A stretch of 64,000 nt of DNA from an uncultured delta proteobacterium (GCA_963745835.1 CAVUZH010000003.1:1024001-1088000), one strand, 5' to 3'; numbered from the stretch's first letter, positions 47,782 to 59,667 are shown. Notes: generated from the sequence alone by a model not told the origin. A program made the numbers and translations.

Positions 47782-48741
47782 TTAATGCAGATGATCTTTG
47801 TCATCTTGGGGTTTGGCGCCCGAAATAGCGCGGCGCTCCGCCAAGTAGCTTTGTAATTCTTGCTGCGCCTTCCGGATATCGGCTTCATACTTCACGAGAG
47901 TCGATAGAGTTGCATTCACCAGTTCGTCATCCAGCGATCTAACGTTCAGTAAAGTTAGAGCTTTGACCCAGTCGAGAGTTTCGCTGATACTCGGGGTTTT
48001 TTTCAGGTCGAGCTTGCGAATACGTTGGATCAGCTGAATTACGTTCTGCGTCAATTTGTAATCGATTCCAGGAACTTTGAGGTTGACGATCTCGGCTTCC
48101 CGTTGGGCGTCGGGAAAATCGATATGAAGATGCAGACAACGGCGTTTAAGAGCGTCGGACATCTCACGGCTGCTGTTACTGGTGAGCACGACCAGCGGAA
48201 TGTGTTTGGCCTTCAGGGTGCCGATCTCGGGCACACTGATCTGAAAATCACTCAAAACCTCGAGCAAGAACGCCTCGAATTCAGCGTCAGACTTATCCAC
48301 TTCGTCGATCAGTAAAACGCTGCGTTTATCGGATAAAATCGCGCGCAGCAACGGACGCGGCAGCAAAAACCGATCGGAAAAGAAGACACCGTCCTGGCTG
48401 GCAATGCGGTCAACCGCCTGTTGCAGAGTTTTAGCTTCCTGCAAGACTTCGCCGATCTTGTCCTTGAGAATCTGGGTATATAGTAATTGCTTTGCGTATT
48501 CCCATTCGTAGAGCGCTTTCGCTTCATCTAAGCCTTCGTAGCATTGCAATCGGATGAGATCTAACCCCAATGAGCCCGCTAAAACTTTACCAAGCTCGGT
48601 CTTACCGACACCGGCTGGACCTTCGACTAGAATCGGTTTCTGCAGGCAGATACCAAGATACACGACCGTGGCTAAATTCTTGTTACAGATATAGTTTTGA
48701 GCGCCAAAACCAGCGATGACCTGATCCACAGACTGAAACAT
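47782..48741 (-). CDS. MoxR-family AAA+ ATPase (CoxD-like)
   Basis: EGPAGVGKT, RLQCYEGLD, LIDEVDK, SDALKRRC, PSISETLDW motifs. Confidence 0.93.
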   Translation of the reverse strand: MFQSVDQVIAGFGAQNYICNKNLATVVYLGICLQKPILVEGPAGVGKTELGKVLAGSLGLDLIRLQCYEGLDEAKALYEWEYAKQLLYTQILKDKIGEVLQEAKTLQQAVDRIASQDGVFFSDRFLLPRPLLRAILSDKRSVLLIDEVDKSDAEFEAFLLEVLSDFQISVPEIGTLKAKHIPLVVLTSNSSREMSDALKRRCLHLHIDFPDAQREAEIVNLKVPGIDYKLTQNVIQLIQRIRKLDLKKTPSISETLDWVKALTLLNVRSLDDELVNATLSTLVKYEADIRKAQQELQSYLAERRAISGAKPQDDKDHLH

Positions 48742-48846
48742 GAAAACCTCTCAATCCTCAGAACGCTAACACAATTGCAATATGACAACAAATCTCGCGG
48801 TTTGAAGTTTCGTGTTAGATTTCTTACCCTTCTGTGAATTGCCAGC

Positions 48847-49611
48847 ATGTGCACTTTAGCGCTCTATTTCAAAGTGTTTTCGGGTTACTCAATGGTTGTC
48901 GCAGCCAACCGGGACGAGCACTATGACCGGCCGTCGGCGCCGCCGTCGATCATCGGCGGTTCACCAACGATTGTCGCCGGTCGCGATTTGCGGGCCGGTG
49001 GCACCTGGCTAGGAATCAATGAATATGGTTTGCTCGTCGGCATTCTCAATCGCCGGCAGCAGCCGGGTCCGGTTGCACACGCTGCATACCGGTCGCGGGG
49101 TTTGTTGTGTCTCGAGCTTCTTCGTCTAAGACAAGTCGCTGAGCTCGATCAAGTTTTTCTAGATCTGGCTCCAGGCGATTATCAGCCGTTCACAGTAGTC
49201 TGTGCCGATACGGATCGCGCGTGCGTTGCCTACAACACCGATCAAACTATTGAGCGAATCGAGCTTTCTGATGGGCTTCACGTTTTCAGCAACAGCTTCG
49301 AATTTGGCGCTCCCTCTGAAAAAGTTGATCGAGTCTACCAACTTTTTCTCAAGCTGTCGGAAGACTGTGATCGTCAATTTAGCGCCGGAGCTTATCTCAA
49401 TGCCGCAGCTAAAGCGCTCGGCGACCATGCATTTAGCGATCACTTAAATGACCCCAGGGATGCTGTTTGTGTTCACGGCGATATCTCCGGGACTGTTTCT
49501 TCCAGCATCATCTTTTTTTTGGATGCCGAGCGGCAGTTTCAAATGCATTACTGCGTCGGCGCCCCTTGTCAAAATCCTTTTAGCCTATACTCGACTTTGG
49601 ACGTGCGGTGA
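48847..49611 (+). CDS. NRDE/TANGO2 family protein
   Basis: MCT N-terminus, AANRDE, GGTWLG, GTVSS motifs. Confidence 0.92.
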   Translation: MCTLALYFKVFSGYSMVVAANRDEHYDRPSAPPSIIGGSPTIVAGRDLRAGGTWLGINEYGLLVGILNRRQQPGPVAHAAYRSRGLLCLELLRLRQVAELDQVFLDLAPGDYQPFTVVCADTDRACVAYNTDQTIERIELSDGLHVFSNSFEFGAPSEKVDRVYQLFLKLSEDCDRQFSAGAYLNAAAKALGDHAFSDHLNDPRDAVCVHGDISGTVSSSIIFFLDAERQFQMHYCVGAPCQNPFSLYSTLDVR

Positions 49612-50333
49612 TCGAAACAGCTCAAGCAAAACAGGCTGGAACGGTGATCCTACTGCGGCCGGGACAGTCTGGAGGGATGGAAGTGCTGTTGACGCGCCGA
49701 CCTGACCAGATGGCCTTTCTTGGTGGGATGTACTGCTTTCCCGGCGGCACGCTGCAAAAGGAGGACTTCTCCAGTCGAATCCTCCGCCGGTGTCACGGCC
49801 TCTCCCCCACTGCCGCCCGAAAGATCATCGGTGCTCACTTCAGTCCGCAAGAAGCGCTGGGACTATGGGTCGCGGCCATCCGAGAATTATTCGAAGAGAT
49901 CGGAGTTTTGCTGGCTATTACAACAGATGGGACAATTGCGGCGATGGATCGCGACCTGAACCGCTCGCTTGTGGAAAAACACACGGCTCTGCTCAGCCGA
50001 CGCTTGAGTTTCGCCGCCTTGCTTGAAGCCGGGAACTTACGCTGTGATACAACCCAATTAGCCTATTTTTCACACTGGCGGACGCCGTCACAGTTTCAGG
50101 TGCGTTTCGACACGCGTTTTTTCCTCGCCGCCGTGCCAGCGGAACATTCGCCTCTGGCGTCTTCTCCTGAAGTTGCCGATACTCTTTGGCTTACCCCCGA
50201 TGACGCTCTACAACGATTTACCCGAGGCACTTTGCCGATGATCTTTCCGACATTTGCATCGTTACGAACCCTAGCGGACTTCGATTCTTTGGAGAGCCTG
50301 TTTGCAGAATTCACGCCGGCAAAGAGTGGGTGA
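49608..50333 (+). CDS. NUDIX hydrolase (Nudt19-like)
   Basis: FPGG, AAIRELFEEIG, W-TP, RFDTRFF motifs. Confidence 0.9.
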   Translation: MIETAQAKQAGTVILLRPGQSGGMEVLLTRRPDQMAFLGGMYCFPGGTLQKEDFSSRILRRCHGLSPTAARKIIGAHFSPQEALGLWVAAIRELFEEIGVLLAITTDGTIAAMDRDLNRSLVEKHTALLSRRLSFAALLEAGNLRCDTTQLAYFSHWRTPSQFQVRFDTRFFLAAVPAEHSPLASSPEVADTLWLTPDDALQRFTRGTLPMIFPTFASLRTLADFDSLESLFAEFTPAKSG

Positions 50334-50462
50334 GCTCACTAACAACCTATCAAGCAGCCGCTTAGAGCAGTAACGTACGGTTATACTAACTGAAAATAAT
50401 GCGCGGCGGTACTGATCGTCGCGGTCATCAGCCAGCCTCACAGGAGCTTCGCATCGTGATCG

Positions 50463-51611
50463 TTATTTGTCGCCGAGCCGTTCGCGAGCGTGTAGAACGC
50501 GCTCCACGGCTACATCTGCACTGGGCGCTAAAGCAGTTAAATGGCCCATCTTTCTGCCGGGACGAACTTGGTCCTTGCCATACAAATGCAATTTGACATC
50601 CGGACAACGCGCCGCGGCGGCCCAATTGGGCTCTCCGTCTCGCCAGAGATCCCCCAAGAGATTTGCCATCGCCGACGCTGCTAGAAAATCCGTCGCTCCT
50701 AGAGGCAAGCCGCACACCGCGCGCAGCTGCTGCTCAAATTGGCTGGTCAGGGCCGCGTTGATGGTTAAATGCCCTGAGTTGTGCGGGCGTGGCGCAAGCT
50801 CGTTAATGAAAATTCTTTGGTCGCGACTAAGAAAGAATTCGATGCACAGGACGCCTACCACATCGAGTGTCTCGAGCAGGTTTCTGGCAATCTCCACAGC
50901 CTCAATGCTCGTTGCTTGAGGCACACGCGCCGGTGCAAATGATAAATCCAAAATATGATTCCGGTGGGTGTTCTCGATCAGCCCCCAGTGTGAAAAAGTG
51001 CCGTCATGACCGCGGGCGGCGACAATCGAAAATTCCAATTCAAAATCTACGAAGGCTTCCAGGATCTTTTCCTGACTCCCTGTAGCCGCGAAACCGGCTT
51101 CGGCATCGGCGGGGTTGGCCAACCGGACCTGTCCCTTTCCGTCATATCCGGCCACTGCGGTTTTCAAAATTGCCGGACAGCCGATTTGCTCGACAGCCGA
51201 GCGCAGCTCATCGAGCGAATTCACCGGCCTGAAAGGAGCGACCGGGAAGCCGTTTCGTTTCAGAAAAGATTTCTCGCGCAAGCGATGCTGTGCAATGTTC
51301 AGTACTGAACCCGATGGTCGTACCGGAGCGAATTGCGCCGCTGCCTCGACCGCGAGCGCCGGGACGTTCTCAAACTCGAATGTCAGCACGTGAACCTTTT
51401 TAGCAAACTCTCTGATGGCATCGAGATCGTGATAAGGCGCGGTGATTTCAACGTCGGCAACCTGACCGGTGGGAGTATCCGTTTCCGGAGAAAACGTGTG
51501 CACCCGGTAGCCCATCTGCCGCGCGGCGATGGCAAACATCCGGCCCAATTGACCGCTACCGAGGACGCCGATGACGGCGCCCGGCAGGATCGGCGCCAAT
51601 GAATCTCTCAC
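50463..51611 (-). CDS. purK: N5-CAIR synthetase
   Basis: [39 protein letters not shown] motifs. Confidence 0.97.
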   Translation of the reverse strand: MRDSLAPILPGAVIGVLGSGQLGRMFAIAARQMGYRVHTFSPETDTPTGQVADVEITAPYHDLDAIREFAKKVHVLTFEFENVPALAVEAAAQFAPVRPSGSVLNIAQHRLREKSFLKRNGFPVAPFRPVNSLDELRSAVEQIGCPAILKTAVAGYDGKGQVRLANPADAEAGFAATGSQEKILEAFVDFELEFSIVAARGHDGTFSHWGLIENTHRNHILDLSFAPARVPQATSIEAVEIARNLLETLDVVGVLCIEFFLSRDQRIFINELAPRPHNSGHLTINAALTSQFEQQLRAVCGLPLGATDFLAASAMANLLGDLWRDGEPNWAAAARCPDVKLHLYGKDQVRPGRKMGHLTALAPSADVAVERVLHARERLGDK

Positions 51612-52102
51612 GGTAGTTTTTGCTGGCGAATGTTATCAGTTTGGTTTTTACGAAATTCCCGGAGTTTCTCGCGCAGCTCCGCACGTGAATTGCCGAGAAT
51701 AGCAAGAGCTAGTAAGGCCGCGTTTATGGCGCCGGCTTTGCCGATGGCCAATGTCCCCACTGGGATACCTCCCGGCATCTGCACAATCGAAAGCAGTGAA
51801 TCCATTCCTTTGAGGGCAGCGCTCTCCACCGGCACGCCGAGAACGGGAACGACGGTCTGAGCGGCGGCCATCCCCGGAAGGTGCGCGGCGCCACCCGCGC
51901 CGGCGATAATCACTTCAATACCTCGTGTTTCAGCCGTGCCGGCGAATTCTGCGAGCCAAGCCGGAGTGCGGTGTGCCGATACAATCAAGTTTTCGTGTGG
52001 TACAGCAAAATCTTTCAATGTGGAAGACGCATGCTGCATCGTCTCCCAGTCGGACTGGCTGCCCATAATAATACTCACCAGTGGATTGTTCGCCTCAGAC
52101 AT
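51608..52102 (-). CDS. purE: N5-CAIR mutase
   Basis: [29 protein letters not shown] motifs. Confidence 0.97.
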   Translation of the reverse strand: MSEANNPLVSIIMGSQSDWETMQHASSTLKDFAVPHENLIVSAHRTPAWLAEFAGTAETRGIEVIIAGAGGAAHLPGMAAAQTVVPVLGVPVESAALKGMDSLLSIVQMPGGIPVGTLAIGKAGAINAALLALAILGNSRAELREKLREFRKNQTDNIRQQKLP

Positions 52103-52299
52103 TTAGTTTATCCAGCACTGCGGCCGTTAGTGGGCCACTCTTGCATATGGCGAAATCCGTCGCAACCACGGGCTCGGGTCCGCCATGAAATCGGGGGCTT
52201 TCAAATATCAGCCTTTGTCATTCGCCAGCTTGGACATGGATTCAACCAGCGCAAGTTAGATTGAAAGAATACAGAGCCGGGAGTGAGACCGCGCAGCCT

Positions 52300-52894
52300 T
52301 CAATACCCATCAATAATTTCCCGCCTGCGTCGGCAGGTTAAAACATGATCGTTGACCATTCCGGTAGCTTGCATATGCGCATAACAGATGGTCGAGCCGA
52401 CGAAGTTGAAGCCGCGCTGCTTCAAGTCCTTGCTAAGCGCATCAGACTCGCGGCTCGTCGCCGGATAGTCCTTCAGTGCTCGCAGCGTGTTCACGATTGG
52501 CTTACCGTCGACAAAACGCCAGATGTAGGAATCGAAAGTGCCGAACTCTTCCTGAACTGCCAGAAAACATTTTGCGTTGGTGATCGCGGCCGCCAGTTTT
52601 TGTCGATTGCGGATGATGCCGTCATCGTGGATTAAGCGATCGAGCTGCCGTTTGCCGTAGCGCGCGACCTTTTCAGGATCGAAATCGGCGAAGGCTCGTT
52701 TGTAGGCGGCCGCGTTTTCTCAACACGGTGTACCAACTGAGGCCTGCCTGTGCTCCTTCCAATATGAGGAACTCGAAGATAGTACGATCGTCGTGTACCG
52801 GAACACCCCACTCACGGTCATGATAAGCGACATAGTCCGCTTTTGTCAGATCGACCCAGGGACAACGGTCGGGCAAGGAATTTTTCACTGTCAT
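52300..52894 (-). CDS. tag: DNA-3-methyladenine glycosylase I, frameshift near 52715
   Basis: RCPW, YHDREWG, LEGAQAGLSW; C-terminal FVGSTICYAHMQATGMVNDH..C. Confidence 0.92.
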
Positions 52895-52930
52895 TTTCTC
52901 TATGAAAGCAAGCTTGAGATCCTAAAATTA

Positions 52931-53470
52931 TTATCGGGCTTTCGGAAAGCGCCGATAGAGAGCCAGCACCCACAATCCCAGAGCCAACACAAAACCCAAG
53001 ACTATCGCGATAAACCAGGACTGCGGCAATGCGGCGGGCTCGGCTCGATTCGCAACCAGCACCACATAGTGTAGCCCGGTCATGAGTACGATGACCAAAC
53101 GGCCGAGCCGATGGCCATGTGCGGCGAGGAAATCCAGAGAATCATTCAAACGCGGCGGTGCCAGCCAATAGTCGCGGTTCGGTAGATTGATCAAATGAGA
53201 GAATTTCTTCGAGAGAATGCTGATACCGACGCTGATAGCGCTCGGAATGCTAATAAGAAGAGTCAAAATCATCAACAAATAAACATCGCGCGTCATCCAA
53301 CCGTCGGGCTGGTTGTTAATGTTGAAATGTGTGGCGACGCTACTGGGAAGATAATATGAGGTGTAAATTACAAAAGTAACCGAAAACACCATCAGGCAAA
53401 TCAAACTCACTAAAGAGCGCGCCCGCCGGCCACTATGAACTTGGATCTGCTTATTGGAATCAAGCATCAA
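52931..53470 (-). CDS. DUF1648-like membrane protein
   Basis: LPSSVATHF...PDGW motif, NLPNRDYW, several TM helices. Confidence 0.8.
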   Translation of the reverse strand: MMLDSNKQIQVHSGRRARSLVSLICLMVFSVTFVIYTSYYLPSSVATHFNINNQPDGWMTRDVYLLMILTLLISIPSAISVGISILSKKFSHLINLPNRDYWLAPPRLNDSLDFLAAHGHRLGRLVIVLMTGLHYVVLVANRAEPAALPQSWFIAIVLGFVLALGLWVLALYRRFPKAR

Positions 53471-53707
53471 GCGTTCTTGTCAGAACGACCGGGAAACTAC
53501 CCGGTGGTACGGATGATTTTAGCAGTACCGCTCCGGCACAAACGATCGACAAACTCGCGTTTTCAGCTCTGCGCTCGGTATCAATGACCCTGGCGCTTCA
53601 CTGAGAATCAACCGGCCAATTAGGATGAGCTTTGAATAAACCTTTGGCATAACAGCGCTGTCTGGTATCATGTCACGACTTTTTTCTCTTCCGGAATGAG
53701 GTGATCT

Positions 53708-54289
53708 TTGAACCCGACTCGGTGCCGCTACTTTCGAGAGCTGAGGCCGTTTCTATTCACGACCGTGCTGCTCTTCGCCTTGGGAAGTATCGCGGGAAGC
53801 CTGCTGGCTGGTAACTCGATTTTTGCCGGGCTTAAGATCAACGAATCGCTCGGCGGGTTTGCCCAAATGTTTATAAATCTTCCTAAGCCGATCCTTGCGT
53901 TGATGATTTTTGCTAACAATGCTGTAAAAACTCTTTTAGTGATTGTGCTCGGGATTGCGTTTGCAATTGTTCCGCTGGTTTTTGTCGTTGTCAACGGCGT
54001 TGCCATCGGTGTTGTCCTGCATCTAGCCACGGAATCCAAGGGCCTCGCCTATTCGATACTCGCTATTGTCCCCCATGGTGTCTTTGAACTTCCGGGAGTC
54101 CTGTGCGGCGCTGCCATCGGTCTGATGTTGGGAAATAAAGCAATCAGGCGTCTATTTCGGAAATCTGAATTCAAGGTTGGTTCTGAACTAAGCCGCGCGT
54201 TGAAGATCTTTGCAACCACCATCGTCCCGCTCCTTCTGATCGGAGCGATCACGGAAGCTTATTTGACGGCAGCGCTTCTCGGGAAATAA
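53708..54289 (+). CDS. Stage II sporulation protein M (DUF95) family membrane protein
   Basis: IFANN, NG..IG, PHGVFEL, GAITEA motifs. Confidence 0.88.
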   Translation: MNPTRCRYFRELRPFLFTTVLLFALGSIAGSLLAGNSIFAGLKINESLGGFAQMFINLPKPILALMIFANNAVKTLLVIVLGIAFAIVPLVFVVVNGVAIGVVLHLATESKGLAYSILAIVPHGVFELPGVLCGAAIGLMLGNKAIRRLFRKSEFKVGSELSRALKIFATTIVPLLLIGAITEAYLTAALLGK

Positions 54290-54328
54290 CTGCAACAGTG
54301 TTTTATACGGTTGTCATATTCGTGAGCA

Positions 54329-55123
54329 TCAAACAATCAGACGACTGCCAATCGCGAAAGCATCGCAGAAGCGCTCCAGGCCATGAACTCCGCCGTTCAC
54401 CAGCCTTCGCGCCGATCTGAGATCATCGTCAAGCAGAGCCTCCTTGATTGCACGCTCCTTAGCCTTCAAGAAACTGGCAAGTAGTCTCCCCGCTATATCG
54501 CGATCGTTGGCCAGGTCCGGCGTTTGAACCAGGCGATCGCCTAATCCGATAGCTCTGCCATGGACTTCGTAGTTACGTCGACCGGTCAGCTGAATGAAGC
54601 CACGGCCCTTGTAGCGGTCCCCATCTCCCCGCTGATGATTGCCCAGATCCGTTCTGAGGTCATACAGGTCATAAGGATGGCCGCCGGGAGAAGTGTTGTA
54701 TTTTGATTTTTCCTCACAAATAGGCTCAAAACATTCCGCTTCCGCGCGAATAGTCGCCAATGCCATCAGCACCAACGGCTTATCGCCCAATCTTTCCGTG
54801 CGCAAAGCATTTAGCACATAGGGTAGATTCAAACGAATGTTATCGACCGGAGTAAAAGGAAAGATTTTTGATACCACCGTCACAGTCGCAGCCGGCAGCG
54901 CTGACGGCAGCGCATCACTCTTAGCCAATTTCAAAGCCGTCAGTGTGCGTGGGCCGGCGATGCCGTCCGCCAAGAGCCCGCAGCTTCTCTGAAACGCGAT
55001 GAGCGCCGCTTTGGTCGCCGGGCCGAAGTCACCATCGATCTTGCCCGGATTAAAGCCGAGTTTCTTCAACTGCTTTTGCAGTCTGATGACGGCTGGGCCC
55101 TTCGAATCTTCTTTTAGAAACAT
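54329..55123 (-). CDS. Peptidoglycan-binding domain + GH19 lysozyme/chitinase
   Basis: LQKQL..LGF...DGDFGPAT..A..AFQ...L.ADGIAGP.T, then ATIRAE and YKGRGFIQLTGRRNY. Confidence 0.88.
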   Translation of the reverse strand: MFLKEDSKGPAVIRLQKQLKKLGFNPGKIDGDFGPATKAALIAFQRSCGLLADGIAGPRTLTALKLAKSDALPSALPAATVTVVSKIFPFTPVDNIRLNLPYVLNALRTERLGDKPLVLMALATIRAEAECFEPICEEKSKYNTSPGGHPYDLYDLRTDLGNHQRGDGDRYKGRGFIQLTGRRNYEVHGRAIGLGDRLVQTPDLANDRDIAGRLLASFLKAKERAIKEALLDDDLRSARRLVNGGVHGLERFCDAFAIGSRLIV

Positions 55124-55192
55124 CGTTGCCTCACCTATACGACGGCGGGACTTCATGCGTTCGACCTTGATCTGACTTCGCGCCGCTGCGTG

Positions 55193-55615
55193 TTAAAAGG
55201 CCTTCAGCAAATGATTTTGAGTCAACGTTGCGGTAAGAATGGCAATCCGCGCGAAGGAATAACCATCCGCGTCTACAAGATTGCCCCAAACCGGCGCCGG
55301 CCAACACGGATCAGTGGCGCGCCTGCCGACCACATGCAGATGAAGTTGCGACACGACGTTGCCGATAGCCGCAAAGTTGATTTTGCTGACGGCAAATTCA
55401 GTCTTTAGAAAACGCGCAGCGATTGCTGCTTCGTCCATCGCCATATTCCTCACCTGGTCTGGTAAGTCGAGCAAATCACCTGCTGGCGCGGTTTCGGGAA
55501 CCAGGATTAACCATGGCACCGCTGCGTTCTTGTGCAGCAGAACATGACATAGCCGGAGTTGGCCCAGTCGATGGCAATCGTGAAGCAATTGGGGGTGAAT
55601 TTCGAAACGAGACAT
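55193..55615 (-). CDS. HIT-family protein
   Basis: PWLILVP, KINFAAIGNVVSQLHLHVVGR, WPAPVW motifs. Confidence 0.9.
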   Translation of the reverse strand: MSRFEIHPQLLHDCHRLGQLRLCHVLLHKNAAVPWLILVPETAPAGDLLDLPDQVRNMAMDEAAIAARFLKTEFAVSKINFAAIGNVVSQLHLHVVGRRATDPCWPAPVWGNLVDADGYSFARIAILTATLTQNHLLKAF

Positions 55616-55633
55616 GTGCCGGTTAAAATTACA

Positions 55634-56281
55634 TCATTTCCGTGGGATTGCCCTGGCGCCGTGACTCATCGAGCTTTGTCTGGCCAGTGTTTTAAAATCA
55701 ATATCGGTTGAAGGCCGTGTATCGGCTTTTAAAACTTTCGCCATATACGCAAGCACGTGTTGATTATCCGCCTCGGTTTCAGAGGCTATACAGTCCTGGG
55801 GAACCAGCAGATTAAAATCGCGCATGTAAGCATCGCTAGCGGTGAAAAGCACGCAAATGTTTCCGGCGATGCCGGTCAATATCAATGTGTTGGCCTTGAG
55901 ATAGCGCAACAGCAGGTCAAGACTGGTTGAGTAGAATGCCGAGTGCTTGGGCTTTAAAACAAAATAGTCTCGCTCGTCCGGCCTCAGTAATCGCGCAATC
56001 GGCTTTCCTTTGACGTTATCCTCCAGACAATGGTCGACAAGCTTTCTGAAATCAGACTGCCACTTGCCAAAGTTATCATTAACATAGATTACTGGGATTC
56101 CGGCTGCTTTCGCGTTCTTCTTTAGTTTGGCAATCGGCTGAGCGATGGCGAGAGTGTTCGTAAACATCGGATCTGCGTCATCGAACTCAAAATCGTTGAT
56201 TAAGTCGATCAGTATCAATACGACAGAGGAATCGTCCGGAACGTTGCCGTGCAAATCTTGATTGTTAACTGGGCTTACCAC
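55634..56281 (-). CDS. Isochorismatase-family cysteine hydrolase
   Basis: LIDLIN, YVND, KPKHSAF, GIAGNICV; start moved to GTG after GGAGG. Confidence 0.9.
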   Translation of the reverse strand: MVSPVNNQDLHGNVPDDSSVVLILIDLINDFEFDDADPMFTNTLAIAQPIAKLKKNAKAAGIPVIYVNDNFGKWQSDFRKLVDHCLEDNVKGKPIARLLRPDERDYFVLKPKHSAFYSTSLDLLLRYLKANTLILTGIAGNICVLFTASDAYMRDFNLLVPQDCIASETEADNQHVLAYMAKVLKADTRPSTDIDFKTLARQSSMSHGARAIPRK

Positions 56282-56377
56282 AAAAATCCTCCGTCTGAGC
56301 GCCAGGGCTATCTGAGAGTAGCATAAGAATAGGGACCTTTTGGCACCCATGAATGCTCCCGCGGCATTTAAGGGTGA

Positions 56378-59300
56378 TTAATGAAAATCCCGGCTTGACG
56401 ATTTGGCGGGCTGGGTGCTTACTTTGGGTTGCCAAAGTTTCTCCGCGACCAGGTGAACGATATTGTCTTCGACCTGGAGGATGCCGCTGATTCCTAGAAA
56501 ATTGACCGTCTTTGCCAAAACCGAGTAGCGCTGGAAAATATTTTCCCAGACCACAACATTGACGAATCCGGTCTCATCTTCCAAAGTCATGAAGACGATC
56601 CCGCCGGCGGTTCCTGGACGTTGACGACAAATCACTAAACCGGCGTAGTGAACCCTTTCGCCGTTTCGTTTAGCGGCGATTGAACGGGCATCCGGCAATC
56701 CCTGAGCAGCAAGCATACCGCGAAAAGGTTGTAGCGGATGGCGCCGAACGCTATGCGAGCTCGTCCGATAGTCCCAGCTCACTTCCTCGAACTCATTCAA
56801 TGGCTCAAATCTTGGGTCGGCTTCCTGAGTCGGTAAGCGCAGCGAATGGCCTCTTAACTGCACCCATCGCCGGCTATTCCACAATGCTGTACGGCGATCG
56901 ATTCCCAGATCATCGAATGCGCCGGCTTCCGCTAACAAACCAAGACTGCTTTCACTGAGATCTGTGCGCCGGACAAAATCTTCCAGCGATTCAAATGAAC
57001 GCGCCTGCCGTGCGTGTGAGATTCTATCCCAGTCGCGCTCTGCTAAACCCTTAATGTATCGCAGGCCCATGCGCACCGCGAAGCCTCCGGCACTGTCAGC
57101 GCAATTCTCCAACGTGCAGTCCCAATCACTGGCTTGCGCATCGATCGGCCGAACCAGCACCCCATGACGCTTGGCATCTTCGACAATCGTCGCCGGCAGG
57201 TAAAAGCCCATCGGCTGAGCATTTAACAGAGAACAGGTAAATTCCGCCGGATAATGGCATCGCAGCCATGCCGTGGCATAGGCAATCAAGGCAAAACTGG
57301 CGGCATGGCTTTCAGGAAAACCGTATTCTCCGAAGCCGCGGATCTGCTCGAAAACTCTTTCGGCGAATTCCAACGCGATCCCTTTGGCCTGCATACGTGT
57401 GATCAACCACTCGCGATGACGTTCCATCCGGCCGCTACGATGCCAAGCGGCCATATCCCGTCGCAATTGATCCGCCTCTCCCGGTGTATAATCGGCGGCA
57501 ACCACGGCCAAGCGCATGACCTGTTCCTGAAAAAGCGGCACGCCGAGTGTTTTTTCCAACACCGGAACTAAACTCTCATGCGGAAATTCAACCGGCTCTT
57601 TCCCCTGGCGCCGGCGCAAATAAGGATGAACCATACCGCCGGTGATCGGCCCTGGGCGGACGATGCTGATTTGAATCACCAGATCGTAAAAAGTTTTTGG
57701 CCGAAGCCGGGGCAACATCGCCATCTGGGCGCGGCTTTCAATCTGAAAAACACCCACGGTCTCGCTACGGCAGATCATCTCAAAGGTCGCTCCATCCTTG
57801 CCCGGAATGGTCGCCATAGATAGCTCTTCGCGGCGATGCTCGCGCAACAGCTTAAAACAGAGATTGAGCTGGGTTAGGCTGCCAAGCCCGAGCAGATCCA
57901 CCTTGAATAAGCCAAGATCTTCAAGATCATTTTTATCCCACTGAATCACGGTGCGTCCGGCCATGCTGCCGTTCTCAATCGGAACGATGTCATGCACCGG
58001 TTCGTGACCCAGAAGAAAGCCGCCAGGATGGATCGACAGATGACGTGGACAGTCTAAAATCTCGTTACTCAGTTGGAGCAGCTGGCTATGCAAGCCCACC
58101 GTCGGATCAATGCCCGTCTGTTGCAGCATTTCAGGCCGAATATGCTCATAAGGTGATAGAAATTTGGCGGCGCGATCGAGAGAAGTCTCGGATAGCCCCA
58201 AAGCCTTACCGACATCCCGCAACGCCGAGCGTGAGCGGTAGCGTACAATGTTGGCTGCCATGGCGGCGCGCTCGCGGCCGTACTTTTCGTAGACATGCCG
58301 GATCACTTCTTCGCGCCGGTTATGCTCGATATCGAGATCGATATCCGGCGGCTCGGCGCGTTCTTTGGAGATAAACCGTTCAAACAACAAGCCGATGCGC
58401 GCCGGATCGACGGCAGTAACGCCCAAGCAATAACAAACGGCGGAATTTGCCGCTGAGCCACGCCCCTGGCAGAGGATGCCGTTGGCGCGGCAGAACTCGA
58501 CGACCTCCCACATCGTCAAAAAATAGCCCGGGTAGTCGAGGCTCTCGATAACCTCCAGCTCTTTTTCTAATTGCTCGACGATGTCACCCGGGATCTCTTC
58601 ACCATAACGCCAGTGCGCTCCTTTAAACGTAAGCTGGCGCAGCCACTGCGCCGATGTGGTACCGTCGGGCAGTCGTTCCGATGGATAGCGATAACGAATT
58701 TCATCCAGTGAAAACCGACAGCGTTCGGCGACTTCGAGCGTGCGGGCGACAGCGGCTGGATCATCAACAAAGAGGCGGGCAAATGCGTAAGGCGATTTTA
58801 ACCCGTATTCGGCATTGGGCTTTAACCTGCGGCCGCAGGAAGCCACCGGTATGCCATGACGTATCGCGGTCAACACATCCTGCAGCGGACGGCGCGCGGA
58901 GCTATGGTAGAGAATTTCATTGGCCGCGACTAAAGGAAAGACATATCGCCGGGCCCGCTCTCGCAACCGGGCTTCCTGGCGGGTCTCTTCTTCACGCCTG
59001 TGCCGAGCGATCATACCGTACAGCCGATCGTCGAAGGCATCGCGCAATGCAGCGATAATATCAGCCGGTTCCTGTTCACTGACGAGCAGGCTCGAATCGC
59101 CGCCCCAGAGGGCAATCAGGTCGGGTGCATGGCGACAAACCTCATCCCAGGATACGCTGCTCTCCCCTTTTTCTGATCGCAGCCGTCCGCCGGTCAGGAG
59201 GCGGCAGAGATTGGCGTAACCGGCGCGATTCTGCGCCAGCAGAACAATCGACGAACCATCGTCGATGGAGATCTGCGAGCCAAAAATCAATCTGAACCCA

Positions 59301-59473
59301 AACTCCCGCGCTTTAACGTGCGCGCGCACGATGCCATAAACACCATCCCTATCGGTCACCGCGAGAGCCGGCAGCCCGAACCGGTATGATTCCTCGACCA
59401 GCTCGTCGGGATGGCTGGCGCCCTCGAGAAAAGAGAAATTAGTTTTGCACCAAAGCGGAACGTAAGAAGACAT
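56378..59473 (-). CDS. dnaE2: Error-prone DNA polymerase DnaE2
   Basis: [49 protein letters not shown]-terminal SRDFH. Confidence 0.97.
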   Translation of the reverse strand: MSSYVPLWCKTNFSFLEGASHPDELVEESYRFGLPALAVTDRDGVYGIVRAHVKAREFGFRLIFGSQISIDDGSSIVLLAQNRAGYANLCRLLTGGRLRSEKGESSVSWDEVCRHAPDLIALWGGDSSLLVSEQEPADIIAALRDAFDDRLYGMIARHRREEETRQEARLRERARRYVFPLVAANEILYHSSARRPLQDVLTAIRHGIPVASCGRRLKPNAEYGLKSPYAFARLFVDDPAAVARTLEVAERCRFSLDEIRYRYPSERLPDGTTSAQWLRQLTFKGAHWRYGEEIPGDIVEQLEKELEVIESLDYPGYFLTMWEVVEFCRANGILCQGRGSAANSAVCYCLGVTAVDPARIGLLFERFISKERAEPPDIDLDIEHNRREEVIRHVYEKYGRERAAMAANIVRYRSRSALRDVGKALGLSETSLDRAAKFLSPYEHIRPEMLQQTGIDPTVGLHSQLLQLSNEILDCPRHLSIHPGGFLLGHEPVHDIVPIENGSMAGRTVIQWDKNDLEDLGLFKVDLLGLGSLTQLNLCFKLLREHRREELSMATIPGKDGATFEMICRSETVGVFQIESRAQMAMLPRLRPKTFYDLVIQISIVRPGPITGGMVHPYLRRRQGKEPVEFPHESLVPVLEKTLGVPLFQEQVMRLAVVAADYTPGEADQLRRDMAAWHRSGRMERHREWLITRMQAKGIALEFAERVFEQIRGFGEYGFPESHAASFALIAYATAWLRCHYPAEFTCSLLNAQPMGFYLPATIVEDAKRHGVLVRPIDAQASDWDCTLENCADSAGGFAVRMGLRYIKGLAERDWDRISHARQARSFESLEDFVRRTDLSESSLGLLAEAGAFDDLGIDRRTALWNSRRWVQLRGHSLRLPTQEADPRFEPLNEFEEVSWDYRTSSHSVRRHPLQPFRGMLAAQGLPDARSIAAKRNGERVHYAGLVICRQRPGTAGGIVFMTLEDETGFVNVVVWENIFQRYSVLAKTVNFLGISGILQVEDNIVHLVAEKLWQPKVSTQPAKSSSRDFH

Positions 59474-59667
59474 GTTGGTCTATTCAGATTTATAAGCTAG
59501 CGCATAATGGGCGCGTGCCGATATTTTCGATAAGCAGCAGAAGCCGTTCCCTGGTAAGAGAATATTCGCGGGCATCCGCATCGTCAATCGTACCTTAGTT
59601 GTCGGGTTGGCACTGCAGCGATGGATCGACGAGCTTGAGCTTTCGATCTCCAGTCCGGGGAGCTGCC

